A stretch of 64,000 nucleotides of DNA from Octopus vulgaris (GCA_951406725.2 OX597832.1:40610001-40674000), one strand, 5' to 3'. Shown: positions 1 through 13,620, numbered from the stretch's first letter. Made by a program: numbers and translations. The notes: generated by a model from the letters alone, not told the origin.

Positions 1-1488
1 TTTGTTTGCTGCTTAAACCCCCGTGTCAGACCTCGCCATCTCGTCCTTTTCCCCCCAAGTACTGAGTATCTAAGACAATATCCGATGTGTACTTTTAAAA
101 AAAGTTTTGAAGACGAATGATGGGGGGGGGGGGGGGTATAATTTGTGGAATGTTTAGCTGCTCTTTCTAACAGACCAAGCGCTCGCGTAAGGGTCGCACA
201 TGTAGACCGAGGAGTGAAACGGCAGAAGGAATATATATTAAAAAAGTTGCCTGAATATTTCAGAAATATTATGAAATCGTTAATATGTTTTAAAAAAACC
301 CAATAAAACTTACATAGTCGATATATTACTAATATATGGGGGAAAAAAATAGGATCAATTTAGGATTTACACTCAATAATAAACTCAGATATTATGCAAA
401 ATGGTCCTAAATCTAATTTTAATTAACACAAAATAGCATTTAGCTTCGTCTGTCAGCCTAAAAATTTATGTAAATTCTTTACACGAACGATTATACATGA
501 ATGCAAAGGAACATGTATGTTGAAGATGCAGTCTAGTTTACACTGTTTCTCTAGCAAAGGCGAAGAACAATTCGAGGAGAATTTAGGGTCGAGGTATACA
601 GGAGTTTGACATTGATGCCTTTCCGAAATGGAATTAGTTCACAGAGACGTTAGTCGTTCTGTTATAACTGTTTAATCAAGAAAATATATTACTTCCCACT
701 GAAAAGGTCAACAATGTCGGTCAGAATTTTAGGCGTTCCACACGACAAGTCATTAAGAATCTAGTTTATCCCTTCCCCCACCATTGAATCAGCCAATTTA
801 CCACTACACAACCACCAAAACTGATCAGACAAAAGCCATTAGAGAATAAGTCAACGTATCCACCTTCTTTATTTTGTACTTAATGATTAAATATTCTGTT
901 AGCACAGGTTAATTTAACTCATTGAGAGATTATTAAAAAAAAGCATTAATGACTTTCTCTCATAATTATAAGGGAGAGGAAACTTGAGACACCGACCCCC
1001 AACCCCAAATATGAGTAGGTGAAATAGACATAGCCAAACACCCCGCCCAAATAATTAAACTCTTTCTCTCCATACCAAGCCAGTGGGGTCGCACGACCCG
1101 ATACAAAATAGCAGCGAATTTTCCCTACATCCTCCAAGAAAATAAAAATAAAAGGATTGACTGGAACGCATGGGATAATAAGGTCTGCTCGATCAGGGCC
1201 CTTACCAAGGGGTTAAAATAAAAACAAACTAAACTACTTCCCAGAATAAATATGTAAAAAAAAAAAATTTCAAGCGAAGCAAAGTACTAGGAACCGAAAA
1301 GAAAACATAAATTTTAATTATTTTGTGAACTCCTTTGTGGAAAAAGTAAAGATTTTGTTGTATTTGGAGCAAATTATAACTGGTGTAGTTGCTTCTCTAC
1401 GCCTGGTAAGTCAGAGAAACATCTAGACTTTTCGTTCTAGCTTGTTAATAGAACGGGGAGGACTTTATACAAATAGCTACACGCACAT

Positions 1489-2111
1489 ATATAAATATGT
1501 TAGGATCGAGTGTTGAATCGTCTTTGTTTTATTATAACTAGGAGCCGCGCTTGGACAGCCGAAACAAGTGTCATCACGTTGGAACACTGTCTTGAGGAAT
1601 TTTAGTCGAGACGAAGAACCGACTCCAGTATTTTGTAAAAAACCCTGGTACTTATTCTATACCTCTCTTGCCGACCCGCTAAGTCACGAAGACGTAAACG
1701 CACAAACACCGGTTGTCAAGTGGTGGTGGGTTAAACAGATATAAAGACACACACACACATGACGGACTTCTTTCCGCTGACCAAATCTACTCTTAGATAT
1801 AAATATGTTAGGATCGAGTGTTGAATCGTCTTTGTTTTATTATAACTAGGAGCCGCGCTTGGACAGCCGAAGCAAGTGTCATCACGTTGGAACACTGTCT
1901 TGAGGAATTTTAGTCGAGACGAAGAACTGACTCCAGTATTTTGTAAAAAAACCCCTGCTACTTATTCTATTGCTCTCTTGCCGACCCGCTAAGTCACGAA
2001 GACGTAAACGCACAAACACCGGTTGTCAAGTGGTGGTGGGTTAAACAGATATAAACACACACACACACACACACGACGGACTTCTTTCCGCTGACCAAAT
2101 CTACTCATAGA
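1489..2111. repeat. Near-identical tandem duplication, period about 308 bp, covering a degenerate SINE
   Basis: Sequence starting ATATAAATATGTTAGGATCGAG occurs at 1489 and again at 1797 with few differences. Confidence 0.9.
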
Positions 2112-2624
2112 TTTTTTATTCGGCCCGAAAGCTACAGAAGCAGACACCTTGCCCAAGTTGTCACGCAGCGGGACTGAATTCGGAACCATGTGGTTGAGAA
2201 GTAAATGTCTTAACACACAAACACACCTTTTTTTTTTCTTATTTTTAATCGGCAGAAAGTTCCAAGTGGCTCAAGGGCCAAAAGTTCTGTTCATACACTT
2301 TAGCCTCTCTCTCTCTACCGATTCGGTCTTAGGGTTGCGGCCAATACTGGGATATCGTGTTCAAAAGCTTTCTTTAGTCCACCATATGTAACACTAGGAA
2401 TTAGTTCATCGAATGACTAAAACTACCTTTTGAAGCTTAGGGACAGCCGAACGTACCGATAAGTACAAATGACCGTATAGTGTTTCCATCAACGATATTC
2501 CACATACAAGTGATTGGTCAAACAGTACTGTGCATTTGGATGAAGTCGAAAACCACGTGGTCGAGAAGCGAACTTAACTACGCGGTCACTATATATATAT
2601 ATATAGTATATATATGTATATATT

Positions 2625-2835
2625 CTTTTATATTTTAGGCACAAAGCCCGAAATTTTGGGGGAGGGAGCCAGTCGATTAGATCGACCCCAGTACGCAACT
2701 GGTACTTAATTTATCGAACCCCGAAAGGATGAAAGGCAAAGTCGACCTCGGCAGAATTTGAACTCAGAACGTAAAGACAGACGAAATACTACTTGCTAAG
2801 CATTTCACCCGGCGTGCTAACGTTTCTGCTAGCTC
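2625..2835 (-). mobile_element. tRNA-derived SINE family B (Nin/Deu-domain-like core)
   Basis: GAGCTAGCAGAAACGTTAGCACGCC...GAGTTCAAATTC...GCCTTTCATCCTTTCGGGG; multicopy in this window. Confidence 0.8.
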
Positions 2836-5221
2836 AGGGTGGATATTACCAACTACGTCCGAAGAAGGCGTTGTTCTAGCATGGCCACAAATACAACGAT
2901 CATATCCAATAAAAGGATATTTCCCGCGGTTTACTCTCAATATTACACTTGCCTGGCCTTGCCCGCCTCTCTCCCGCGTTTTAATAGACATACTTGGGCG
3001 GGTTATGTTACCGGTTTGGCTACCCGGTTCATGCCCCCACGTTGACAATATCTCACAGAATAAGAACGAAATTGCAATATGCCATTAACTTGACGAATCT
3101 CGACATACACATGCCATGCCCGACTCTCTCCCGCTTTTATCTCTTAATACACTTTGGGTGTGGGTTATGTTGCCGGTTTGGCCGAGAATAAGAACGAATA
3201 ATTACAATATGCTATTATTAACTTGACGAAAATGTAAAATCTCAATGTCTGTTTCAATGGGTATATTGCGTAGGTAAAAGTATCGATGTGTTTGTAGTGC
3301 AGTGCATTAGATATACTACAAATGTTAGTCGCATACACGCAAGATCATTCGAGTTTATTTTATTTTTAAATGTATATACATTAAACATATTATATTACAC
3401 CATGAAAAGCGGACGTGAAAATGTGATTATATGGCTATTAGCGGTGTAAATGAATTAATTTCAGAAGAGAATCGAAGTAGGTTTGCGGCTTGCTTCCATA
3501 CTTAATTATCTTTGACACTCAGGCTGACAATACCATAAAAATGCTACGTTTTACTAATAATATTACATAAATGCTTTCCTTACTAAAAAGCACACAAATC
3601 TTTTCAGAGTGATATGAGGGAGACGATGTAAAACGATGTGGCTTTCATGCTTTTCTCGAAATTAAGCTCCAGTAACAATTTAACAGCTTCAATTAGCACA
3701 AAAAAAAAAAAAAAAACGTAAATGACAAATTAATAAATTACAAATAATGAGAAACTGGGGCTAAATAAGTAAGTATTCACGGGACAAGGTTTGCACAATC
3801 GTATCTCATGATCGAATGATTAGCCATCTTGGGGATAAAGGCAAGCTGGTTGTTGACACAGAACAGCTTTTAGAATCAGACTTACTAGTTAAAAATAACC
3901 AACAGAATCGTAATAACTAATAAAGACTTGGTAAAATGTCATTGCATTTGGGAAACACATGATTGCCAGTTATTTGCAAATCACCCACAGCAATTCATAG
4001 CCACAATCGTCATGATTTCTTTATATCCTCCACCAATCGACTTAATTAACACCCAACGAAAGAGACTTAAGTGGTCGATCACTATTTAAAAAATAAAAAT
4101 TTAGCTAAATTTCCTTTAAATAACACTTTACTGTCGTTAATAAGGACTTATTAGATAATGTAGCCCTAGATACATTATGCTTCTCGGAGGTTTGAGGGAG
4201 TGAGAAGAAAGAAATGTCCACTTTTGATCATATGTAGTAGATCAGGGTCTACAAAAATATTAAATACAAACAATTTGTACACAAGTTATTATTCGGTCGG
4301 AAGTTTGGACCTAATATCACATTTTGAAGGGGAAAAAAAACTCAGAGTCGTATCAGAGAGGAGTGTCGAACCAGATGTTTCTATTCGACCGGTATTCCAA
4401 CAAACCGGGAAACGACTTGGCTCATTTCTTTCAAAAAGGATCGATAGTAGAAGTTAGTAGTAAAATACTGGGGTGGCAATTCCGTTCAATCGAGTATAAT
4501 CTACTCTTTTAAATATACATCTAGAAATGTACATCTTTTTTCGTGTATTTAATTGCTCGTTCACTCCGAGTTTCTCGATTTTTCTGCGTTCGTTCCGGCA
4601 ACATATATATAAATAGTATATAAAGAGTGTGTGTCTATGGTTAGTATATGCCGACAGAGTATAAAGAATATTACTCGGGATAATTTACCATGGATGAGTC
4701 ATCAGTACACGATTGATACGTATAATGATTTGTAAGACTGAAACGAACATGTGGGGAGGGACATTGCTGATATAAATCGACCCCAGTAATTAATGTTAAC
4801 GATGCCCACCCCGCCTCGCGTGGATGATAAAAGGCGAAGTCGACCTCGGAGTACACTTTGTGGTAATAAAAACATTAGAAAATAAATAATTTGAGACGAG
4901 ACATAAAGAAGAATAATAATTGAAATCCTGCCGAACACACAAACACACATAGATGCCTGTATTATTTCGTAAATGCTAAGCTTTTATATAGAGTTAATCT
5001 GTCAGTCGTTGATCAATGAGAGAAATATGTCGACATGAGGAGCAACAGAAGGTGGGGTGTGCGTGTGTGAAACAAGTGCTTCTTTTCCAGACAATAACAA
5101 CGGAATACCTGCGATAAATTAGCGGCTAATTAAATCAAACTCAACTCATTAGAGTAATGAAGATCCTCGTAGCAAAAAACAAAAAAACTGGTCGGCAATT
5201 GATGGCGCTAATGACAAATAA

Positions 5222-5430
5222 TATCGATAATGATACTCACATTGTTCACACTTCGTCAGTTGTTTTTTTCTCAATTACAGAATTTCTGTTATGTCCGAGT
5301 GGAACAATTACTGACTTCCGGTTGGGGCGAACGGCGACGTTTCATTGGTTGAGGCGGCCTCAAGGGGGGCAGTCACGTGGATAAAGAGTATAAATACTGG
5401 TACCTGCAACTGTTCCAAATGCATTCACAA
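5222..5430. promoter_or_regulatory. Promoter-like island, possibly bidirectional
   Basis: Clustered TATCGATA (5222), ETS-like ACTTCCGG (5314), ATTGG (5344), GTCACGTG E-box (5372) and TATAAATA (5389) in CpG-containing unique sequence; minus-strand GTGAGT donor at 5240. Confidence 0.6.
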
Positions 5431-6406
5431 TCGCTTTTAGTCGAGTCTTTCTCGTTAAATGTAACCGCCCCGCTTTTTCTTTTTTGATTTTTATCAAGTC
5501 ATGGCTTTTTACATCGTAATTGTTCTCATGCTTTTACACGTTTGGTTTCGCCCTTGAAATTTTATAAGGCGGAAAGAATCTGTTTGTACTTTTCCTACGC
5601 GACTTAGCAACGAATTAAAATTACTAAAAACTAAGAAGCCGGGTCACGTATCACTCGCCGTCATGTCTAATTCGATCTTAGCGAACTCATCTGCGTAACA
5701 TAGTACAACGTTTAGAAATAAGAGAATCTTCACCACATTTTTTTTTTTTTGCTTTTAATAGCCGACATTGGTTATGTAAAATTTCTGTTACATAACTAGT
5801 GTTGAGCAATCGCTGTTAATGATTTTTTTTTCTTCCTAATTACTACGATTAACGCTCTTCTAGAAAGGAAAGAAATATATAATTAAATATGGTTAATTAA
5901 TACAGAAGTCTTTTCACCTTTTCTAGAAAATCTGTTGGTGATCAGAATATTAGCAGTGTGGGAAGAATAATGTACATAGTAATCGTAATTATGTATTTTT
6001 TAATAATTGTCGCTTACGCTGAAAATAATCGAGAACTAAACAAAAATAGTGGCATTCATAATTTGACTCGGGCTACGAAGTAAGTAGAATTGTCAGAGTG
6101 CCGGACAATATACTTCGCGGCATTTCTGAGTTGGACTCCACTCCAGTATTAACTTAGCTTTTAATCTTTCCAGAGTCGATTAAATAAAGTACCGTGTAGG
6201 TGCGATAGATTGGGGGGAAATGCTTCGCTGTATTTGTATTAGATTTCGAATACGTAGGCAGTTGCTGCGACCATATGTATATAGTTGAATGAGACTAATG
6301 GAAAACTGCCTTTGTATTCTCCCACGAAAACTCCATGACAACCTTATAAAACTTGTCAAGAAAGCAACAGGGACCTACTTTGTAAAATTCCACTGCGCCT
6401 AAACTA

Positions 6407-6763
6407 GGCGTAGGGGTGGCTGTGTGGTAAGAAGTTAGCTTTCCAACCACATAGTTCTGGGTTCAATCCCACTATATGGTATCTTGGATAATTGCCTTCT
6501 ACAATAGCCTTGGGCCGACCAAAACCTTGTGAGTGGATTTGGTTGACAGAAATTGAAACAAGCCTGTTATATATGTTTACATCAGCGTGTTTGTTCCCTA
6601 CCACCACTTGACAACCGGTGTTGGTGTGTTTGCGTCCTCGTAACTTAACGGCTCAGCAAAAGAGACAAATAGACTAAGTACCAGGCTTTAAAAAATTCGA
6701 CTAAAATTTCACAAGGCGGTATCCCAGCATGGCCGCAGTCTAATTAGCTGAAACAAGTAAAAT
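6407..6763 (+). mobile_element. tRNA-derived SINE family A
   Basis: A box TGGCTGTGTGG, B box GGTTCAATCCC, 3' end GAAACAAGTAAAA; multicopy. Confidence 0.8.
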
Positions 6764-9452
6764 ATATAACGTTCAAGTCACCTGAGATTCGTCGATAATA
6801 TAGATGATATTTAACCCTAAGTCAATCCTAATATTCTCACCATGACTATACCGTCTATTTATTACCATTTTTATTTCAGAGGAAGTCGGACAACAATTGT
6901 CTAATGTGGGTTTTTGTTACTTTTAAACAGTAAGCTATGGTTTGCTGGGGAATTGGCTGCTATTTCTAGATTCGTTTGTTGTTTCGATATTTGTAAGATG
7001 TGAGAGATAAACGCTTAAGCAAACGATGTATTGAGAGATAATGGTTTTAGGAGAAAGAAAAATAAAAGCTGATTCAGAACTGAATTTTTTCACTGTACTT
7101 TGGTAATATTTTATAATAGTAAAAGAGAAAAAAGACAGCTATAGTTCAATGTGTGTGCGTGTATGTATAATAAAACGATTATCCTTATGCTGTGATGGTT
7201 AAAACGAACTGAAGAACTATGAGGAAAGTCTGTCTATGAAGTGAACAAAAAAGCATTGAAATATGATAGACGCGCAGCAAATTTCATTCATGGCAGAATG
7301 ATGCCAGAAGTTTAAAACTGATGAGAAATTAGGGGCAATGACCGTTAGATTCCGTTTTTTTTCTCCATCCCAACAAAACCCTATCAAGTGTATGTGTGTG
7401 TGTGTGTGTGCAAATGTGGATCTTGTGAATTTTCCAAAAGTCTTCTTCCCACCTCCCAGGTTCGTTTGTGCAAATTTTTTTTGTCACGTTCACACACACA
7501 CATTTTTATTCTTTTACTTGTTTCAGTCAGTTGACTGCGGCCATGCTGGAGCATCGCTTTCAGTCGAACAAAAATCGACCCCCAGGACTTAGTTTTTGTA
7601 AGCCCAGTACTTATTCTATCGGTCTCTTTTTGCCGAACCGCTATTAACGGGGACGTAAACACACCAACATCGGTTGCCAAGCGATAGTGGGGGGTGGGGA
7701 CAAAGGCAGTGGGACTATACTCGGAATCATGTGGTTGGTAAGCAAGCTTTTTACCATGCCTGTGTAGTAGTAGTAGTAGTAGTTGGTTCATGCAGTCATA
7801 GCGTGGATTCGATCCTCGATCGCCAAATTTCGCTCAACAGTTCAACAGCACTTTTCTCGCGGTAAAGCAATAATTGGTTAATATAAAGGTCTTCGTCCAT
7901 TAACTAAAACAAAAAAAAAAAACCCAACCTGGGAGGTGGGGAGAGGACTTTCGGAGAATTCACAAGATCCGATTTTTCCGTCATAATTTTCGGGAAAATG
8001 GATATATATTCATTTTTTTTTTTATGGAATCCCACGTTTTTTTGGTTAGAGAGAATCCAATTCTGAAAAATTTTTTCAAAAATCGCATTTTCGAAACTTC
8101 AATTTCCCCACCCCCTCCTCATTTTTCACTTTTTCCGGAAATTCTTTTTTTGCGAAATACGTAGAAAAATACGAAGATTAGGATTCTGAAAAAGTTCGTT
8201 TGTAAAATTTCAATTTTTCAAAAACAAAATACACACACACATACCCCCCCCCAACACCCTACTCATCCTACGGCCTTGTCCTTCAAGCAGGCTATCCACA
8301 TACTAGAAATAACAGCCAAATCTCGCAAAACGGCGATAACGTAATGAACCTATTAGATGGTTTAAAAAAATTTTTCAGTTTTAGTGACTGGGCACTGCCG
8401 TGATCCTTTTACTGTTTCACTATAAAGCATGCATTATTTCTGTTGATAGCTGAAAAGAAATAGCAATTTTAGCAAAACATATTAAGCAACACTAATAATA
8501 AATAAAAATAAACAAGCTTTTGGCGGTTTTGTAGTGGCTTCATGCAGGCATTGTGTGGATTCAATCCTTGAAAGCCAAATTTCACTTAACACTTCAACAG
8601 CACTTTTCTCATGGTAAAACAATAGTTTTTCTGAGAGTGACAGCAATTACATTAGCCAGATGCCTTCGCTAAGTAGAATAATGTTTTTGCCACTTGACCC
8701 TTTTAACCTCTTCCAGGCCACCAAAAGCTAGAATAGAGACAACAGACCTCCAATGAAATCTGTCGTTCTCAACAATATGTCTATCCTTCTGGCTGGTTTT
8801 GGATAGTTATAAAAGGAAGAACTCAGTAAGCCTAAGTCAGTTAGTGAGAACCAGCTGAACAAGACACCGTCTCTAAAGGAAAAAGCACAAAGGGACAACT
8901 ATGGTAACTCACTAGCGAAGCAGTTGTTTCATCCCACCATTCTCACTTTCTTTTCTCTGTAACTTTACCATATCTCTCTATATATATTACTATGAGACCG
9001 TATACACACATAGCAGCCGAAATTAACTCTTTTTACTTTGCATGCTTTTCCATTTACTAATTATACATACCAACCCATCGTGGTTTTGGATATATACAAA
9101 GTAACAGTAAATAAATATTTCTATACAACTTTGATCACTGCTCTACTTCCATCTTGACATACTGGCAACCAACACCTTAACAACAACCATTACAATTGGT
9201 GACCCTCGACCACAACATTTTTTATTTAACGTCTCTTGTCCATGCTGGCATGGGTTGGACAGTTTGACTGGGCTGGCACACTGGAAGGCTGCATCTGACT
9301 CCAGTCTGAATTGGGATGCCCTTCCTAATGCCAACTACTCCAAGAGTGTAATGGGCGCTTTTACACGTCACACTTTTTTCCACCTTTACTGAACGTCACG
9401 CAAATACATTTCATGTATATGTCCTTTTGAAGTTTTATGTTTGATTTGACTT

Positions 9453-9499
<47 letters not shown>

Positions 9500-9505
<6 letters not shown>

Positions 9506-10061
9506 TGTCTAGAAAGTTTGTGCTGATTTATAAGAGCTTACCTTTCGACTTATTTTAGAACGTGGTTGAGTCCATAAAATAGGATTTGACTACACCTCCA
9601 TTTAGAGCACAGTTTAAGCTGTCTTTTCGTGGAAGGAGATTTATGTTCTTATAATCTGTGTTAATTCTGTAACCCTTTAAAATGAAAGATCATTTTCGGC
9701 ATTTGGTGCTTTGGGAACCAGACAAAAATTGCTGCAGCTCGGCTGGGATGTGTTACCCCACCTTCCATATTCACCAGATATTGCTCCTTTGGATTTCCAC
9801 TTATTCAGGTCTCTGCAGAACAGTCTTAATGGTAAAAATTTCAATTTCTTGGATGATGTAAAAAGATACCTTGATGAATTCTTTGCCATGAAACCCCCAC
9901 AATTCTGGGAAGCGGGTATTGTATTTTCAAGCTAAAGGAAAGATGGAGATGCATTGTGCAGCAAAATGGTTCATATTTGGTTGATTAAATATGTAATGGC
10001 AAGTATTTATTGACCTTTATCTTTCTTTTAAAAATTGTCACGAACTTTCCGGACAACCCAA
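9500..10061 (+). mobile_element. Internally deleted mariner (DD34D) element
   Basis: TIRs of about 28 bp (TAGGGTTGTCTAGAAAGTTTGTG / CACGAACTTTCCGGACAACCCAA) with TA flanks. N-terminal MKDHFRHLVLWE is fused to C-terminal QKLLQLGWDVLPHLPYSPDIAPLDFHLFRSLQN. Confidence 0.9.
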
Positions 10062-10125
10062 TATATATATAAAGATGGTTCTTTAGCAAGGCTGCAGTAA
10101 AATGACAGAAACAAATAAAAGAATA

Positions 10126-10355
10126 TCATCATCATCATCATCATTGTTTAACGTCCGTTTTCCATGCTAGCATGGGTTGGACGGTTTAGCTGGGGTCTGG
10201 CAGTGTTTCTACAGTTGGATGCCCTTCCTAACGCCAACCACTCCATGAGTGTAGTGGGTGCTTTTTACATGCCACCTGCACAGGTGCCAGACGAGGCTGG
10301 CAAATGGCCACGATCGGATGGTGCTTTTTATGTGCCACCGGCACAGGGGCCAGAT
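10126..10355 (-). mobile_element. Retroposon family C with (ATG)n tail
   Basis: CATCAT tail followed by GGATGCCCTTCCTAACGCCAACC motif; many copies in the window. Confidence 0.75.
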
Positions 10356-10364
10356 GATATATAT

Positions 10365-11215
10365 CAATTCACCAAACACCTATGGGACATCTGGCTATGG
10401 AAAAATACCCCTGTTGCCCATCATTTTAGCTCTGTTGGCTACTTCACACCACACCACACCACACTGTTTTCAGCCTTGTCTTGCACCAAAGACTCACCTC
10501 TGCCAGACTTCACCTTGAACAGTGCTACATCTTCCCTCTACAGACCCAAAGTCATTTTGGACTAAACATGATCGACTCGTTCCAGTAACATCTTCCACAC
10601 ACTTTTTAAAATTTTTTGTAAAAATTTGTATTGACTTTTAATTTTTATTTCTCTTCCCCACACTTCTACACACCCGCATACGTAGCTTGTACTCCTACTC
10701 CTACAATACACACACACCTACTGCACACATACATTTCCATATCTTGACGTACAAGAAGAACCCTACACACACATACATATGCACACATGTATACACACAC
10801 TTATAGACACCCCCCACCAAACATATGTACACACAATGATACAAATGCATTCAGACACTTGTCACATTGCTACTTACACCCACACATGCTCCCACATACA
10901 CACATATATACATACACATGCACTCTCACCTCTCACCACTGAATTGAACAGCGGCTGCCAACCAGTTTGTCAACACCACTCCTTTACACATATATTACTC
11001 ACATAAACACACACTAGCCATTTTTGCACTCTCCTGTTCTATAAACCACTTTCCATATCTCTCTCCACTTCTGGTCATTTCAGATATGTAACCACACACA
11101 CGCTTTTCCTGGACTTTTTTAATTCCTCCAAACCTTTCCTTTCTCCTCTTTCTGATGAAGAGCTACGCTTGTAACATTAAAAACCTACCCTTTTATTATA
11201 TTTAATGTTTGTTTT
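10365..11215 (+). mobile_element. Penelope-like element 3' remnant (GIY-YIG C-terminus plus degenerate hammerhead)
   Basis: FTKHLWDI...PVAHHF and EQCYIFPLQTQSHFGLN resemble the PLE endonuclease tail. CTGATGA AGAGC TAC GCTT GTAA at 11152 is a decayed minimal hammerhead. Confidence 0.6.
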
Positions 11216-11217
11216 GA

Positions 11218-11250
<33 letters not shown>

Positions 11251-12957
11251 CACTTGCATCAGAAATTAATTAGCACTTCTCAAATTTATACATTTTCTTA
11301 ATTTAATTAGCTTATCATCAGAAACAAACTCGTTTTTAATCAAAAATTTATTAAAACATATCCCAGCATACCACATAATTGTTATTAATCCTGAAATTTA
11401 GTCAATATCTTGTTGCTCCTCCTTTGGCAGCAATGACAGCTGCTATGCGGGCCAGCATGCTGTCTATGAGTGCCTGCAGGTACTGTGCAGGGATGGCCCT
11501 CCATGCAGCAAGAAGTGCCCCAAACAGCTCGTGTCGGTTCCTGTATTGCTGCACATTCAAATCCCTACCCAATTGACTCCAGAGGTTCTCAATAGGGTTC
11601 AGATCAGGTGACTGGCCAGGCCAGTCCATGACCGTCACCCCATGGTCCTTGAAGAAACCGGTTGTGAGCTTGGCTGTGTGGGGAGCGCGTTGTCCTGCTG
11701 GAGCACGTACTCCTCGCCACCAAAGAGGTATCCTGCAGAGGGTAGGCAGCATGCCGTACTATCTCAACGTACTTTGCTGCGTTGATGTTGCCTTCGACGG
11801 CATAGAGCCGCCCAACACCACTGTAGCTGAACGCCCCCCACACCATGCCTCATGGTGGGAGCAATGCAGTCTTTGTTGAAGCGCTCACCCCTGCGGCGTC
11901 ACACATGGACAGGCTTGTCACTGACGAGACTGAATCGCGACTCGTCAGTGAACATCACTGTCCGCCACTGCTGCACGGTCCATGTCTTGTGGGCACGGGC
12001 CCAGAGCAGCTGCCTCTTCCGGTTTTGGGCTGTAAGGAGTGGCTTACGGGCGGCCCTACAGAATTTTAGACCAGCTTCCAGTAATCTGGTCTTGATGGTG
12101 GTTGTAGACAACTGCTTCCCCTGTCTCCTTTTGCATCTCCTCCGCCAGTTGCCGGCTCGTTGCCCTTCGGTTGTTCAGTGACTTTTGGATCAGCATCCGG
12201 TCCTCCCGCTGGGTCAGCAGCCTCTTCCGTCCCCTACCCTTTTTGTCAGCTGCTGATCCGGTTTCCTCGTATTTCTTAAATAAGCACTGAATTTTGCGCC
12301 TGGCTACACCAAGTTTTCTGGCTATTGCAGCCTCCGACAGCTTCCCACGCCACGAGAGAGCCTCGTACCGTCTCTCCAAGGTCATGCGAGGTCTTGGGCC
12401 CATCTAGGAATGAACGATAAAAACCAGTTATTTTCATTAAAACTATTCATTTGAATAATGTTATGCTATAACAAAACTGCTATGAGTTATTATTCATTAA
12501 ACGAAAAAAAGAAAGAAAGCAGAATTTCTCACCTTATTTGATGTATAACAGAAAGTTTTGTGAACCGGAAGTGACATCACGAAGCAGAGTGTAGGAGAAT
12601 TTGTGAGGACAAAAAATCTTGCAAATACACAAATCAATTAACCTACGAGCTGTTCAAAACAACTTACGCTATGAGAAAACTTAGTACAGTGTGATTTCGG
12701 TCCTTGCGAGGCGCTACCTATATCTATTAAACAAAGGAAGATTTGTCTGCATCCGCACTTCTAGTTGTTGTTGCATTGCTATGTCAACATCATTAGGCTG
12801 TAGACTCTCAAACCGCTCTGCAAACAAAGTTATGTCATCGTTCTGCGCAACAGTGAACTCGCAACAAAGCAATAGTTCGAGATATGGCTACTAGGTGACA
12901 GTACATACCTTGAGTGAAGAGCAAATCAAGGGTGCTAATCAATGTATTGAATGTCAA
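11251..12957 (-). mobile_element. Tc1-like (DD34E) transposon with frameshifted transposase (12403 to 11402)
   Basis: HTH with GRGRKR linker, KPLL, MFTDESRF, MVWGAF, QQDNA, WPGQSPDLNPIENLW and KGGATRY across several frames. Left end CACTTGCATCAGAAATTAATTAGCAC follows (TA)n, with a degenerate inverted match near 12932. Confidence 0.9.
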
Positions 12958-12959
12958 AG

Positions 12960-13620
12960 GAGGATCTCAGGATTCACCCCTACAAGATGAACCGCTGTCA
13001 TGAGCTCACGCAAGTTTATAAGTTCATGAGACTGATAAGTTGCCTTATTCTGTGTCAGATTGCTGAAGGTATGCTGCCCAACCTGGTGATCCCTCATGAA
13101 AGGAATTTGGACATCAAACATTTTTGACAGTAAACCAACAGAATGATTGACTTTGGAATGCATCAGGCTCCATCGAAGGTAGATTCATAAATCGATGTAA
13201 ATCCACAGTCAGTTATGGTTTGGGTAGCTGTGACAGCTACTGGAAAGTCTCCCCTCATTTTTGTGCCCTTGGGTGTTAAAATTAGCACTCAGTTATACAT
13301 TAGTAACATTCTGGGAGCTGAACTGCTTCCATGAGGAAATGAGCACTTTCAAGGCACACCTTGGAGGCTCCAACAGGACTCGGCACCATCCCACAGCTCC
13401 AAACAGACAAAACACTGGATTCAGACAAACATTCCATCATTCATAGGCAAGGATGTATGGCCCTCAAAAGCCACAATCTTGACCCATTGGTCTTTTCTGT
13501 TTGGTTCATTTTGAAGACAAGGGTCTTGAGCACTCCTTATGCTTTGCTTGACGCTGTGAAAGCAAAACTGCATCTGGCCATAGAAAAGACTGCACGGCCA
13601 GTCATGTTTTTCACAGACTG
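12960..13620 (+). pseudogene. Degenerate maT/DD37D-type transposase fragment
   Basis: SVMVWVAVTATGKSPLIFVPLGVKI, QQDSAPSH, VWPSKS and NLDPLVFSVWFILKTRV, broken by frameshifts. Confidence 0.75.

Noticed and set aside
946-1137. 63 aa minus-strand ORF
   Set aside because: It does not start with ATG, has no recognisable domain and shows no convincing splice signals.
4690-4710. Isolated CTGATGA / CTGACGA hits (also near 5255, 7319, 11315, 32877, 50158, 51991)
   Set aside because: No correctly placed GAAA with pairing stems I and II, so they were not counted as hammerheads.
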